Shown here in pieces: positions 1 to 13,326 of a stretch of DNA of 33,068 nucleotides; position 1 is the first letter of the stretch; each line of letters begins with the position of its first letter. The stretch lies in the NCBI RefSeq assembly GCF_006345805.1, contig NW_021836046.1:1-33068 (forward strand), given 5' to 3'. Made by a program: the position numbers and the translations under genes. The DNA is from Octopus sinensis (lineage: Eukaryota). The notes below the pieces were generated by a model that saw only the letters and a list, made by a program, of their open reading frames with translations, was not told the DNA's origin and did not search any database.

Positions 1-94
1 CCATTCCGAAATACATAAAATAAAATATTAAATATAAAATATGAAGGGATAAGTATACTTTCTTGCATTATAGCAGTCTTCAAGGTCCCATGTT

Positions 95-575
95 GTGATA
101 CTCCTGACACAAGATTTTCAAGCCAGCAAGGGCTGGTCTGATCGTTTCCAGAAGCGGTTTACAATAATGTGTGTTTCCTTGCATGGAGAGACAGCATCAA
201 CCGACAATGAAGCCGCCGAGAAGTACCTCCGGACCTTCAGGCAGATCATCGAGGACAAGGGATACAACCCGGAGCAGGTTTTTAATATGGACAAGGCTGG
301 CTTGTTCTGGAAGAAGATGCGTTCCACAACGTACATCATGAAGGATCAAGCCAGAGCTGCCCCAAGATTTAAGGGACAGAAGGACAGAGTGACGTTAATT
401 ATGTGTGGCAATGCTACTGGATTCACTCTGATACCAGGATTTACCTACAAGTCCGCGAAGCCCAGGGCCTTCAAACATAGGAATAAAAACCGGCTGCCTG
501 TCCACTGGATGCACAACCTCAAGGCCTGAATTACCAAAAGTCTAACTTTGAATTGGTTCCACCAATGCGTCATCT
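95..575 (+). pseudogene. Tigger/pogo-family transposase fragment (end of CENP-B-type HTH plus start of DDE_1 domain)
   Basis: ORF 95-529 has FQASKGWSDRFQKRF, SLHGETAS, YNPEQVFNMDKAGLFWKKM, KDRVTLIMCGNATG and KPRAFK. Homology continues past the stop (ITKSLTLNWFHQC). No TIRs seen. Confidence 0.9.
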
Positions 576-762
576 GGCAAAGGTACATGGTGGCGAAGGT
601 TTTGACGATATCAAATCTTCATTCACATTTGTATATACATACAGCCTCAAATAGACCTACATATGTTTCTAATGGGTTTATATATACTAACCGTTGAAAA
701 ACCAATTTTGAATACCTAACTGTGAGCAAACTGGTAAAAGTTTTGGAGAAATCCCTTATTAA

Positions 763-763
<1 letters not shown>

Positions 764-816
<53 letters not shown>

Positions 817-907
817 GGTACGTATATATGTATATGTGTGTGTACATACATACATACATACATACATACATACATACATACATACATACATACATACATA
901 CATACAT
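764..907. repeat. (CA)n/(TA)n/(TACA)n microsatellite
   Basis: Direct reading. Confidence 0.95.
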
Positions 908-1009
908 TATGGCTGCCCCCTCGTTATCGAGTATGGCCATTGCACGAAGCTTAACTGTTACTGGTGCTGTGACCGAATGTGACTTTTTAGCCCAGCTAAA
1001 GATCTTCAA
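908..1009 (-). mobile_element. RTE-clade LINE extreme 3' end
   Basis: Minus strand reads RSLAGLKSHIRSQHQ* (the GLxSHxRxH end motif of RTE ORFs), then a short UTR (ctcgataacgagggggcagcca) and an (ATGT)n tail. Confidence 0.6.
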
Positions 1010-1403
1010 TACATACATACATACATACATACATATGTATACGCTATATAGAAGGGCCTCTGTAAGCTTGCTCATCTCCAAGACTCGCGTCTCCATTACA
1101 GAGAGTTGAAAACCAAGATTGCGTAATGCATTTAATAACAGACTTCTGACTAAATCACTGGTCGATACAGCGATCATTTTTCGATATTTTACGTTCCGTT
1201 ATTGAATTTATAAAATGAAATCACTTGAATTTGCTTTTTCCACCTTTAACTTGACAACTTTGAACTCGATAACAATAAAATAGTGAGTTTAAAATGATTT
1301 AGTATGAAATCGATAGAGCATAATTGACATTTCAAATTGATTTATTACAAGAACAGATCTCAATGGCATTATATTTCAAAACAAGCAACGAATTTAAATA
1401 TTC

Positions 1404-1796
1404 GGTTATAGCTAGTTAAGAAGCAAGTTTTAGAACCTAATGGTTTTCGGTTCGCGCCCACTGTGCAGCACCGTAGGAATGTGTCTTCTACAATACCTGT
1501 GGAACGACCAATGCCTTGTGTGTGAACTTGGTAGCGTAGAAGTCCATTTTGTAAATGTGTGTGTATGTGTGTGTTTGTGTGTATGTATGTGAGCGTACCT
1601 TTGTGTCTGCGTTTATTCCACTTGTTGAGAACAGGTGTTGTTAAGTTACAACCTCGTTACTTAGCGGTTCGCTAAAAGAGACGATATAATAAGTAGCAGA
1701 TTTTGAAAAACAAGTACTTAGGTTAATTTCTCCGAATAAAATCTTCACGGCAGCGCCCCAGGACAGACCGAGTCTAAGGACTAGAAAGCCAACAGA
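1404..1796 (+). mobile_element. SINE family A (tRNA-derived, CORE-like, internal microsatellite), old diverged copy
   Basis: Diverged reverse complement of the copies at 4438-5130 and 15160-15588. Confidence 0.8.
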
Positions 1797-1921
1797 TCTG
1801 TGTACATCAGGTTACGAATTGCCACGAAATCTAGAAGATTGATTGATTAACAGATTGATTAATTAATCAAACTCTCGAGTATTTAATTGAATGATTAGTT
1901 AACCAATTGACAAATGAAAAT

Positions 1922-2035
1922 AAAGGCTTTTGTCGGCCCAGGGCTATAGAATAAGACATTGGCTCAAGTTGACACGGAGTGGAACTGAACTCAAAACCAC
2001 ATAGCTACAAAGTAAGCATCTTAGCCACATAACTA
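1922..2035 (-). mobile_element. SINE family A head fragment
   Basis: aaggcttttgtcggcccc...gctatagaataagaca matches family A. Confidence 0.75.
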
Positions 2036-2054
2036 GAAACGTTATCTGTATTGT

Positions 2055-2423
2055 GTGAGGCGCATTGGCTAAGTGGTTAGGGCAGCGGACTCGCGGTCGT
2101 TGGATCGCGGTTTCGATTCCCAAACCGGGCGTTGTGAGTGTTTATTGAGCGAAAACACCTAAAACTTCACGAGGCTCCGGCAGTGCTGTACTCTTTCACC
2201 ACAACTTCCCCACACTCTTTCTTCCTGTTTCTGTTGGACCTGTATTTCAAAGGACCAGCCTTGTCACACTCTGTGTCACGCTGAATCTCTCCGAGAACTA
2301 CGTTAAGGGTACACATGTCTCTGGAGAGCTCAGCCACTTGCACATTAATTTCACGAGCAGGCTGTTCCGTTTATCGGCTTCAACTAGAACCACCGTCGTC
2401 GTAACCGACGGAGTGCCACGTCG
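2055..2423 (+). mobile_element. SINE family B (tRNA-like head) with tail X
   Basis: A box tggctaagtgg, B box gtttcgattcc. 11-bp TSD atctgtattgt at 2044-2054 and 2424-2434. Confidence 0.9.
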
Positions 2424-3145
2424 ATCTGTATTGTTCTGGGTTTTGAAGTTTAATAAGGGAGTATTTTTAGAACTTAATTTAATCTCTTGATTCCTTTCCG
2501 TGTGTCCATTACGACGTTAATATCGTCCACATATCTGGTGGATATTGGGAGTTCATATTTTCTTACCAACTTCTCGATTGTGACCACGGAGAAAGCTGCG
2601 AATTTTTGCCATATGGGAAAGCCTATAACTACTTCATCTTTATTCATATAAAATTTGCCTCGAGGACAAAGAAAACACGTTTCTTCTACGTGACATTAAT
2701 AATTTCTTCCGTATATTAGCTTCGCTTGTATCATAGTGAATTTTATTCCTCTAGGTATTTTATATCGCTTCTATTTTTTCTTCGATTAGAACCCAAAATA
2801 ATCAATCATTACACGTGTAAGAATGAGAAGCAACTTTCTTCATCAATCTCATCTAAAATTCCTGAATGTTTCATACAATGTTTAACAATGTTATTTTATT
2901 GTTTAGCGCTCATTTATGTTGAAGTATTTATTTGAGAAAATATAGGTCAGATAGGGGTTATCTTCCTTTATTTTTAATGAACCATAATTAACAACCCATG
3001 TGAATTCTCGTTCAGTGCGAGGGAAACGGAAGAAACCAATTTGTGCATTATTACTGTAATTAGTTTATTCAATTTAATTCTTAATTGGGGGGTATTATCT
3101 TTCTAAATCCTGCTAATTTCGATTTAGTCGTTCAGCAAACTTATT

Positions 3146-3649
3146 GGATCTTTTCGGTTTGAACGGCAGTTTTTTCTAGCGGTGTTATATGAAATTGTCA
3201 CCCATAATTATGACCCTAGAATCGATCTATTGCATTTCAATCTCTTTTAGGGTTAGGGTTAGAGTTAGGGTTAGGGTTAGAGGTGGGGGGAAAGGGTATT
3301 TTTTTTTTCTTCACAAATGTAAATTAACCCAATCTGATTCTTAAGCGAGGGACATATTCATACGGCACAGAATTCTTTTTGACTCAATAGACGTCACTGT
3401 TTCGTTGAAATTGTAGAAATTAGGCAGGAACAAAAAAAAAATTAAAGGTGGGTGCCAGATAAAATAACAGTACAGTACCAATAATAATGGAGGCACAGAA
3501 ACAACAAATATCTTACAAACTATAGAATTTTCTCAATAAAGCCAAGAGAAAAAGATGTTTTATAACCACATTCTACCAGTATACGAAGTTAAAAATTTTT
3601 AGTTACCTAGAAATTATGTTAAAAACTGCCGTTCAAACCGAAAAGATCC
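3146..3649. mobile_element. MITE with 29-bp TIRs and 8-bp TSD (Merlin-like), containing TTAGGG repeats
   Basis: TIR ggatcttttcggtttgaacggcagttttt / aaaaactgccgttcaaaccgaaaagatcc. TSD aacttatt at 3138-3145 and 3650-3657. GG...CC termini. Confidence 0.9.
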
Positions 3650-3970
3650 AACTTATTAACTTTTGCAATGCATTTGCCCTTATCCATAATTAGGAAATTA
3701 TTACTGGTGTCTTTCTCACATATTATGGATATTGTCATTATTTTATAAATTACGTAGAGCTTGCTGAGTTTAGCGTTTAGCATGTTATTATATATTTGTG
3801 GAAGCATACATTTTGAGAGCTTTAGGTTTGAATTAGATACTGTATCATATACGTCATTAGATTCCTTTATTATTTTTGTTTTGTATTTCGGTGACGTGTA
3901 GAATCAACCGACGGACCGACTCAAGGAAACCACGCGCGCATGCTTCTGTGAATGTCTTTAGTTTTTATCG

Positions 3971-4185
3971 TTTACTTGTTTCAGTCACTAGACTGTGGCC
4001 ATGCTGGGGCATCGCTTTGAAGAATTTTTAGTCGAATGAATCGACCACAGAACTTTTTTTTTTCTTAAGCTGGTATTTACTACGTCGCTTATGTAACCGA
4101 ACAGGGACGGAAACACCAACACCGGATGTCAAGCGGTGGCGGGCACAAGCACAAACACAAAGGCGCGCACACACACACACACAAA

Positions 4186-4253
<68 letters not shown>

Positions 4254-4434
4254 CACGCACACACATACATATTTATACAACAAGTTCCTTTCAGTTTCCG
4301 TCAACCAAATTCACTGATAAGGTTTTGGTCGCCTCGAAGTTATAGTAGAAGACAGTTTCTCAAGATGCCGCGCACTAGGATTGAAACCGGAGCTATATGG
4401 TCGGGAAAAAAACAAGCTTCTTACCACACAGCTA
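3971..4434 (-). mobile_element. SINE family A copy
   Basis: tttacttgtttcagtca...(CA)n...cagtttccgtcaaccaaat...ccacacagc. Confidence 0.85.
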
Positions 4435-4437
4435 CGT

Positions 4438-4718
4438 CTTTTTACTTTGTTACTATTTTACTTGTTCCAGTCAGGTGACTGTGGCCATACTGGAGCACCG
4501 CCTTTTAGTCGAGCAGATCGCCCCCCCCACCAGGACTTATTCTTTGTAAGCCTAGTACTTATTCTATCGTTCACTTTTGCCGAACCGCTAAGTTACGGGG
4601 ACGTAAACACACCAGCATCAGTTGTCAAGCGATGTTGGGGGGGAGACAAACAGACACACAAACATATACACACACATACATATATTTATATATATATACA
4701 TATATATATAATATATAT

Positions 4719-4752
<34 letters not shown>

Positions 4753-5130
4753 AGGCAGCGAGCTGACAGAAACGTTAGCACGCCGTATTACGTTCTGAGT
4801 TCAAATTCCGCCGAGGTCGACTTTACCCTTCATCCTTTCGGGTTCGATAAATTAAGTACCAGTTACGCACTGGGGTCGATATAATCGACTTAATTCGTTG
4901 GTCTGTCCTTGTTTGCCCCCTCTATGCTTAGCCCCTTGTGGGCAGTAGAGAAATATATATACATATATACGACGGGCTTCCTTCAGTTTCCGTCTACCAA
5001 ATCTACTCAAAAGGCTTTGGTCGGCCCGAGGCTATAGTAGAAGACACTTGCCCAAGGTGCCACGCAGTGGGACAAAACCCGGAACCATGTGGTTGGTAAG
5101 CAAGCTACTTACCACAGAGCCATTCCTACA
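4438..5130 (-). mobile_element. SINE family A copy interrupted in its (TA)n by a family C SINE
   Basis: Both halves match family A. The minus strand carries the CORE-like ccttgggcaagtg. Confidence 0.9.
4752..4954 (+). mobile_element. SINE family C (Meta-domain-like), internally deleted head
   Basis: ggcagcgagctg...cttcatcctttcgggttcgataaattaagtaccag...agccccttgtggg. Confidence 0.9.
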
Positions 5131-5544
5131 TCTGTGCAATACTCTGTCATTAGAGACCAATATATCGACATCATATGACCAGCCCAGTTACTTGGCATTT
5201 TAACATCAGGCGTTATATACGATCACTATTTTACGATCAACATACAATCACTGTTGTACACTTTTCGATGAAATCCGATACTTAATTCTTTCTAATCTAA
5301 CGTATATATCATGTTAGATTTTAAACTGGAAGCAAACGTAGCACTTGTCAGTTTTGCAACGTTCCTACTATTACATGCTATGGTGAGTTATTTCTACTCT
5401 TTGGTACTTAGTTACTGTTATGTTGCCTGATATACTTGTGAATTATATGACCTGGCACCGGACAAGATAAGAACTATTATCATATAATCCGGAACGATCT
5501 TTCTCGTTTCACTCTCCTGACCTTTGAAAATTAAAATGTAATTA

Positions 5545-5546
<2 letters not shown>

Positions 5547-5631
<85 letters not shown>
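5547..5631. repeat. (ATT)n microsatellite
   Basis: Direct reading. Confidence 0.95.
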
Positions 5632-5632
<1 letters not shown>

Positions 5633-5956
5633 GGTTTGTTGTTGTTTGTTTGTTTGTTCCTTCTCGAGCCACGCCTGGCTCATAGGGCCGGTTTCCCTGT
5701 TCCTTTGGCGTATAAGTTCCCCACCTGGTCCGGACGCCGGTCCGTCGCAGGTGAGCTGCAAAATGCAGAAGGAAAGAGTGAAAGAAAGTTGTGGCGAAAG
5801 AGTTAGCAGAAGTTTCGCCATTACCTTCTGCCGGAGCCGCTTGCAGCTTAGGTGTTTCGCTCATAGACACACACACACATCGCCCGGTCTGAGATTCGAA
5901 CCCACAATCCTTCGACCGCGAGACCGCTGCTCTAACCACTAGGCCATGTGCCTCCA
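5632..5956 (-). mobile_element. SINE family B head with V-domain-like tail Y and (CAA/CAAA)n end
   Basis: Head ggaggcacatggcctagtggttagagcagcggtctcgcggtcg. Internal cctgcgacggaccggcgtcc. Confidence 0.85.
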
Positions 5957-6228
5957 TTATTATTAGTATTGTACTGTTATTTTACCTGGTAACCGCCTTT
6001 ATTTATTTTTTTTGTTCCTGCCTAATTTTTATTGATATTTCTTATACCGAACTTGTTGCTGTTGCTGTTGTTACTGTAGTACTTTTTATTTCATCTCTTG
6101 TTACTACCACTGCTGTCGCTGCTACATATCTTGCTATTTTCCTAGTTCCTGCCATAGTCGTTTCACCTGTTTCCACAATTCATAAATTCCAATATCACAA
6201 AAAAATCAAACCCCCCCAAAAAAACAGA

Positions 6229-6232
6229 AATA

Positions 6233-6285
<53 letters not shown>

Positions 6286-6579
6286 TAATAAAGATGATGA
6301 TGATGATGATGATGATGATGAGGTTGATGATGGTGGTGATGGTGGTGGTGATGATGATGATGATGATATTAATAATATTATTATTATTATTATTAATAAT
6401 AATAATAATAATAATAACAATAATATTAATAATAATAATAGTAATAATAATAATAGTAGTAATAATAACAATAATAATAATAATAATAATAACAATAATA
6501 ATAATAACAATAATAATAACAATAATAATAATATAATAATAATAACAATAATAACCTACATAATATTAATAATAATAAC

Positions 6580-6610
<31 letters not shown>

Positions 6611-6664
6611 TAACAATAATAATATAATAATAATAATAATAATAATAATATACAATAATAATAA

Positions 6665-6695
<31 letters not shown>

Positions 6696-6818
6696 ATACA
6701 ATAATATAATATAATAATACTAATAACAATAATAATAATAATAATAATAATAACAATAATATAATAATAATAATAATAATAACAATAAGAATAATAATAG
6801 AATAATAATAATAATAAC

Positions 6819-6849
<31 letters not shown>

Positions 6850-6862
6850 TAATATAAATAAC

Positions 6863-6912
<50 letters not shown>
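6229..6912. repeat. Compound (AAT)n/(GAT)n tract
   Basis: Direct reading. Confidence 0.95.
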
Positions 6913-7029
6913 TTATACGGCAAGTCATTTCCCTTCTATAATTTCATTTAATTAATAATGCGTAAGGAAGGCTGCCATTGCTTGCGTTGTTTTTGTTGAT
7001 ATTATTTTTGTTGTTGACATTCTTATAGA

Positions 7030-7456
7030 CATTGTTGTGGTCGTTGTTGTTGTTGCTGCTGCTGCTGCTGCTGCTGATGCTGCTGTTGTTGTTGTTGTTC
7101 TTCTTGTTTTGCACTTTAATCATTTCAGGAAATTTCATTGGTTCGTTGCTTGTTCAGTTTTAATTTGTTTGCAACTGTTACTGGATGTTGTTCTTGTTGT
7201 TGTTGTTTTAGCGATTTTATAGTCATCGTCGTCGCCGCCGTCATCATCGTCGTGTTGTTGCTATTGTCGCAGTTGGTAATGTTCTCGATTATTGTTGTTC
7301 TATGCTAATAAAATTAGCCATTTTAGTCGGTTAGCCATTCTGTTGGTTTAATTTGTTGTATTTCTTTGGTCTTTCATTTTGTATTAGTGCTTGTGTGTGT
7401 TACCGGCGTTGCTGCTGGTGCTGTTGGGAGTGGTTGTTATGGTGGTGGTGGTGGTG

Positions 7457-7518
<62 letters not shown>

Positions 7519-7716
7519 GCTGGTGGTGGTGCTGGTGGTGGTGGTGCTGGTGGTGGTGCTGGTGGTGGTGGTGGTGATGGTGTTGGTGTTGGTTGTGGTG
7601 GTAGTAGTGGTAGTAACAGTAGTAGTAGTAGTAGTAGTAGCAGTGGTGCGGTGGTGATGATGGTGATGGTGGTGGTGGTGGAATTGGTAATGGTGGTAGT
7701 GGTGAGTAGTCAGTAA

Positions 7717-7748
<32 letters not shown>

Positions 7749-8700
7749 GCAGCAGCAGCAGCATTGCTGTGGTGATTTTCGTGACCATGGTGGTCGAGGT
7801 AGTAATAGAATTAAACGTAGTGTTGGTGGTGGTGGTGGTGGTGGTGGTATTGTTGGTTGTAGTGGTGGTAGTGGTGGTGCTGGTGGTTGCAGTAGTGGTT
7901 CTGCTCGTAGTAGTGATGATCTTAATGGTATCGGTGAGGGTGGGCATGGTGGTGAAATCGCCACCTTCGTTGTCGTTGACGTCTTCCAATTAGCGGTGAC
8001 GTTGATGAAGCCAAAGGCGTTACGAGGAGTGGTACAGGTGAAACGAACAGTGGTGCTAGTTGCACTTTTAGCGTTATTAACAGTGCTAGTAGTGGTAGTA
8101 GTAGTAGTGGTGGTGATACTAGTAGTATAGGCGATGGTAGTAGTGGTCACGGTAGTAGTACTAGAAGATGGGGTAGTTGTAGAACTGGTGTTGATAGTGA
8201 AGATGACGAGGGTGCGTGCAGGTGGTGGTGGTGTTGGTGGCGGCAGTGTTGCTGTTGGTATGGTGGTGGTCGTGGTGATGGTGGTCGTCGTCGTCGTCGT
8301 CTTCGATGTCGTGGAGGCGGCGGCGGTGGTGGTTTTGGTGGTGGTTGTGGAGATGTTGGCGGTGGTTGTAGTGTGGGGGTGGGGATGGGGGTGGCTGTCG
8401 GTGGTGATATTGGTGATGGTATGGTTTTGTTTGGTAATGGTGGTAGTGTTACTGCTGATGATGATGGTGGTGGTGGTGGTGGTTGTGGTGGCGGTGATGG
8501 TTTTAGAAGTTATATTATAGTTGTTGCTATTGTTGTTGGGGGTGGGATGGTTTCCGGTGATTCGGTATTTGTGCCGTTATTGGTGGACGAGTTGATTTCA
8601 ATGCTGGGGTTCGTATAGGTGGTATTGGTGCTCATAGTCTTAATGGTCATGGTGGTGGTGGTGATGTTGACGGCGGGGTCATGGCGGCGGTGATGTCATT
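7030..8700. repeat. Degenerate compound trinucleotide tract (GGT/GTA/GCT/GTT)n
   Basis: Direct reading. Produces poly-V/T/G pseudo-ORFs. Confidence 0.9.
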
Positions 8701-8733
8701 AATGATAACGTCTGTAGCTGTATTATGTTAATA

Positions 8734-8972
8734 CTTATTTCTTTATTACCCACAAGGGGCTAAACACAGAGGGGACAAACAAGGACAGACAGACGGATTA
8801 AGTCGATTATATCGATCCCAGTGCGTAACTGGTACTTAATTTACCGACCCCGAAAGGAGGAAAGGCAAAGTCGACCTTGGCGGAAATTGAACTCACAACG
8901 TAACGGCAGACGAAATACCGCTCGGCATTTCGCCCGATGTGCTAACGATTCTGCCAGCTCGCCGCCTTACAT
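8734..8972 (-). mobile_element. SINE family C full copy
   Basis: 13-bp TSD tattatgttaata at 8721-8733 and 8973-8985. Confidence 0.92.
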
Positions 8973-9014
8973 TATTATGTTAATAATATCGACAAAGTTA
9001 AAATCAACAATGTG

Positions 9015-9183
9015 CAGTTCTATATTTAAGAGATGAGGAATTATGTGCATTATTTACATATGCCAACGGATATATGGCGTAGTGGCTAAGAGCGCGGGGC
9101 TACTAACCTCAAGATTCCGAGTTCGATTCCAGCACTGTCCTAAATAATAATAATAATATAATAATAATAATAATAATAATAAT
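9015..9183 (+). mobile_element. SINE family D: inverted 3' terminus (9015-9073), tRNA-like head (9074-9141), (AAT)n
   Basis: Head matches 28272-28336. 9015-9073 is the reverse complement of 28675-28738. Confidence 0.85.
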
Positions 9184-9309
9184 TAAAAATATTTTATCTG
9201 TGAATTTGCGCGTGTAATCTCGGATGCATACAATGAGCTTCTCTGCCCTAGGTGTATGGAAAACACTCGGCAAGAAACGGAAGAAAATTTGAAGAAGGAA
9301 AAGAAAATC

Positions 9310-9870
<561 letters not shown>

Positions 9871-9871
9871 G

Positions 9872-9980
9872 AAAACCGGTGTTGGGGTGTTTACATCTCC
9901 GTTCAGCAAGAGAGGCTGATAGAATAAGTACCAGGCTTTAGAAAAGAAATAAGTCCTGGGGGTGGATTCTTTCGACTAAC
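9872..9980 (+). mobile_element. SINE family A 3'-half fragment
   Basis: gatagaataagtaccaggctt...aataagtcctgggg. Confidence 0.7.
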
Positions 9981-9981
9981 T

Positions 9982-10297
9982 CCCCTTAATTATTATGTGT
10001 GGTGCGCAGTAGAGCGAGAGGCCAAGAAAACTCCTTGTAACGCAACAGATGAACGGATGGCAAGGATTATGGCAGCATTCGCCAACTTAAACAAGGAGAC
10101 TGTCCAGAAGAGCTGCAGGAGATTCCGAAGTCGTCTGGAGGCCATGGTTGAATCCAACGGCGATTTTATGTGAATAAATTTACTCTTTAGTATTTCAAAA
10201 TATATTTATGTAATTTTGGTAAATATATCTGTTAAAATGAAACGTCAGTCTTATTTTCAGTTTTGCGTAATTTAGACGACAGATTATCACACCGTGT
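9982..10297 (+). mobile_element. Tc1/mariner-superfamily (maT/DD37D-like) 3' fragment
   Basis: 9982-10173 translates to PLNYYVWCAVEREAKKTPCNATDERMARIMAAFANLNKETVQKSCRRFRSRLEAMVESNGDFM*. Likely TIR ends ...cacaccgtg|TA. Confidence 0.8.
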
Positions 10298-10356
10298 ATA
10301 TATATATACATACATATATTATATAAAATTATATTATATATTATATATATATAAAA

Positions 10357-10401
<45 letters not shown>

Positions 10402-10540
10402 ATAAATATATTTCTTATACAATCTATATACATATATACATTATATATATATATATATATATAAAACTTATTATATACTATGTATATATATATATATTTA
10501 TATAAATATATATATATTATATATATATACATATATATAC

Positions 10541-10590
<50 letters not shown>

Positions 10591-10672
10591 ATACAACACA
10601 AAAATACATGTATATATAAACACAAACACACCACACAATTATATATGCATAAACGTATACATACATATATAT

Positions 10673-10722
<50 letters not shown>

Positions 10723-10787
10723 GTATATATGTATGTATGTATGTATGTATGTTGATGTATGTATGTATGTATGTATGTATGTATATG
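10297..10787. repeat. (TA)n/(TATG)n tract
   Basis: Direct reading. Confidence 0.95.
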
Positions 10788-11162
10788 GAGACAGATCAAA
10801 AAAGAGGAAGACAAGGAAAGTCGTTAGACGTGGATAAGGCAGTGAATGGGGAGAGATGCAGAAAAATGTCGGAGGATGGAATGAAAGAGAGAGAGAGACA
10901 AAACAAAGCAGACCTGCGCTTAAACACAGATCTCTGTATCTGCGCTTCTGTGAATGTAACTATCAGAATATGTGGATGAAGAAGATTTCTTTTCATATTC
11001 CCCTGCATGGATTTCAGATTAAGTGAGAAGCAGATGCATTATTTAATTTTCCTTGAAAATTATTTCATTTCAGCCAAAGCAACACGATTCTGGAGAATGC
11101 TGTCACATTAATCGGTTCCTACATATTTATCTCGTACACACATTTGATTGTTTGCATAAATT

Positions 11163-11600
11163 TATATATGTGTGTATGTATGGGTATGTATACATATGTA
11201 TATATATGTATGTATATATATATATATATCTATGTATATATATATATATAATAATATATCTATATATATCTATATATGTATGTATATATATATATACATA
11301 CACACTATATCTACACACACACACACTATATATACATATATTATATATATATACATATACATTATATAAATATATCTATAGATATATAATTATATATATA
11401 TATATATATATTATATATAATACATGCACCATATATCTACACATTTTATATACATATACATATATATAAATATATCTATAGATATATAAATAAATATATA
11501 TATATATATCTATTAATCTATATATATGTATATATATATATATATATATATTATCTATATATATATATATATATATATTATATATCTTATATATAACACA
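11163..11600. repeat. (TA)n tract
   Basis: Direct reading. Confidence 0.95.
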
Positions 11601-12220
11601 TACGTTTATAATAGATGTCTAAGTAAAGTATACTTAATACCTGTGGAGATGATTATATACATTGCATAAACACACACATACATTCATGCACACATATACA
11701 AGAGCATATATATATATATATATATATATACATGCACACACAATTTCCTATTATAATTGCGCAGCTTCATAACTTCATACACGAATGCCATGCCAGCTGA
11801 GGATAATCATGAATTATAATCTCTTCTTTTTCCTGAAGAATACTCTGCGGAAATTTTTCCAAGACATATTGTCTTCGGGGCATCTTCCTAATTGATGCTA
11901 TTTTGAACGTAAAATAAAAACAAGTTGAATAAAGTTGAATAAAACAACGTTAAATATTTCGTTTTGGGTATTTTACATTTTACATCCAGTTTTAAGTTAC
12001 TCAAGCATGGAACTTAAATATGGTTGTACAGGGGTGAGCAGCACTTATGTACCCTACAGATCCTTTGAGACTGATATTGTCAATACATTTTGTGTTCACC
12101 TTTGAGCATCGGCAATTTAAGGGAACTTTCTGAAAAACGATGGCTTGAGAGTTAAACGATTGATCAAATTATTTAGTACGGTGGTTACTAGATGTGATAT
12201 ATTATGGATATTCAGATGAG

Positions 12221-12515
12221 TACCGTAAATCCTCGAGTATAATCCGCATTTTTCCCCAAAATTTAAAGGTCAAAATCCCTAGTGCGTACTATATACGAGG
12301 TTAATAATGAAAATTATTTTCTAATTATTGTCCGAGTCTCTATTTTCTGACGCATTTTGTGATGTCGGGCGCGAAAATACCTTAAGTAAGCCTGAAAGCA
12401 ATGAAGTCATAAAAGAATCACCCATAACTTGCAACATTTATTAAACGTTATTGCTGTTATTTCTGTATTTTTTGCAAAGAAAATGCACAAAAAAGCTACA
12501 TGTTTACATTAAGAT
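12221..12515 (+). mobile_element. pogo/Tc2-type DNA transposon end (solo terminus)
   Basis: TA|ccgtaaatcctcgagtataatccgca with subterminal inverted tgcgtactatatacgagg. No partner TIR seen. Confidence 0.55.
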
Positions 12516-13017
12516 CTATTGGCCTTGCCTTTCCCTTGGATAACATTAGTGGCGTAGTCAGGGGAGGTTAGTATGCATGGGAAACTTCTAGTCCTCTATA
12601 AACAACATTTCCCGGACTTGTGTCTCGGAGGGTGCAATCCTATGGTCATTCCCAATATATATATATAGAAAATTTAGAGACCTTGTTAGGATTATGTATA
12701 TAATTATAAAATATTTCATAATAATAATAAATATATTTCTCCGTGTAAGCGTTGATATGTGGGTTCGATTCTGGCTAGGTTTAGCTCATCAATTTTCAGT
12801 CATTTTGTTTATATATAAAAATGGCTTTTTATCGGAGAATATATATATTATTATTATTGTGATATATTATTACAGAGTCAAGACTATTGAAAAGGTTGCA
12901 ACGAAAATAATTGGAAAATAAAAATAAGAAATAAGTGGTAATTTTACAGGTGATTGTGTTAAATCATAACGCACAAAAAGAAAATCACTCTCCCCAGACA
13001 CAACAGATTATTACAGT

Positions 13018-13048
<31 letters not shown>

Positions 13049-13238
13049 GTGTGTGTGTGTATATATGCTTGTGCGTGCGTCTGTGTGTGAATGTGTGTGT
13101 GCGTGTGTAGTCGTCCACTACAATATCAGGATGAACATCATTCAAAATAATCTTATTCTATATGTTAAAGACAATTACTGTCACCAATGCTTGTGCTGAA
13201 AGTGAAAGTAGATGAAGCAGCTTGCTCAAGTCACTCAC

Positions 13239-13326
13239 CTACAGAACAAAGTAATCCAGAAACAAGCAAGTGCATAATTTCCGGTTTCGTAATGAGGCGG
13301 ATGTCCTTTCTGGATTTCCTTTCCAT
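13239..13326 (-). CDS. Candidate first coding exon (MERKSRKDIRLITKPEIMHLLVSGLLCSV, phase-1 donor)
   Basis: Perfect AG|GTGAGT donor (13233-13240) in unique sequence and a basic-then-hydrophobic peptide. No homology recognised. Confidence 0.25.

Noticed and set aside
3247-3283. Telomere or chromosome fusion site
   Set aside because: Short and enclosed within MITE TIRs and TSD.
6163-8618. Long poly-L/I/T/V/G ORFs resembling mucin or glycine-rich proteins
   Set aside because: Trinucleotide repeats open in several frames on both strands, with no domain or splice support.
9074-9141. tRNA gene
   Set aside because: No acceptor stem or T-run terminator. It is a SINE head shared with 28272.
11832-11860. 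CTGAAGA...GAAA hammerhead-like motif
   Set aside because: No convincing stem II, stem III or cleavage triplet.
12520-13020. Possible further repeat fragments
   Set aside because: No second copy, termini or coding signature in the window to support a call.
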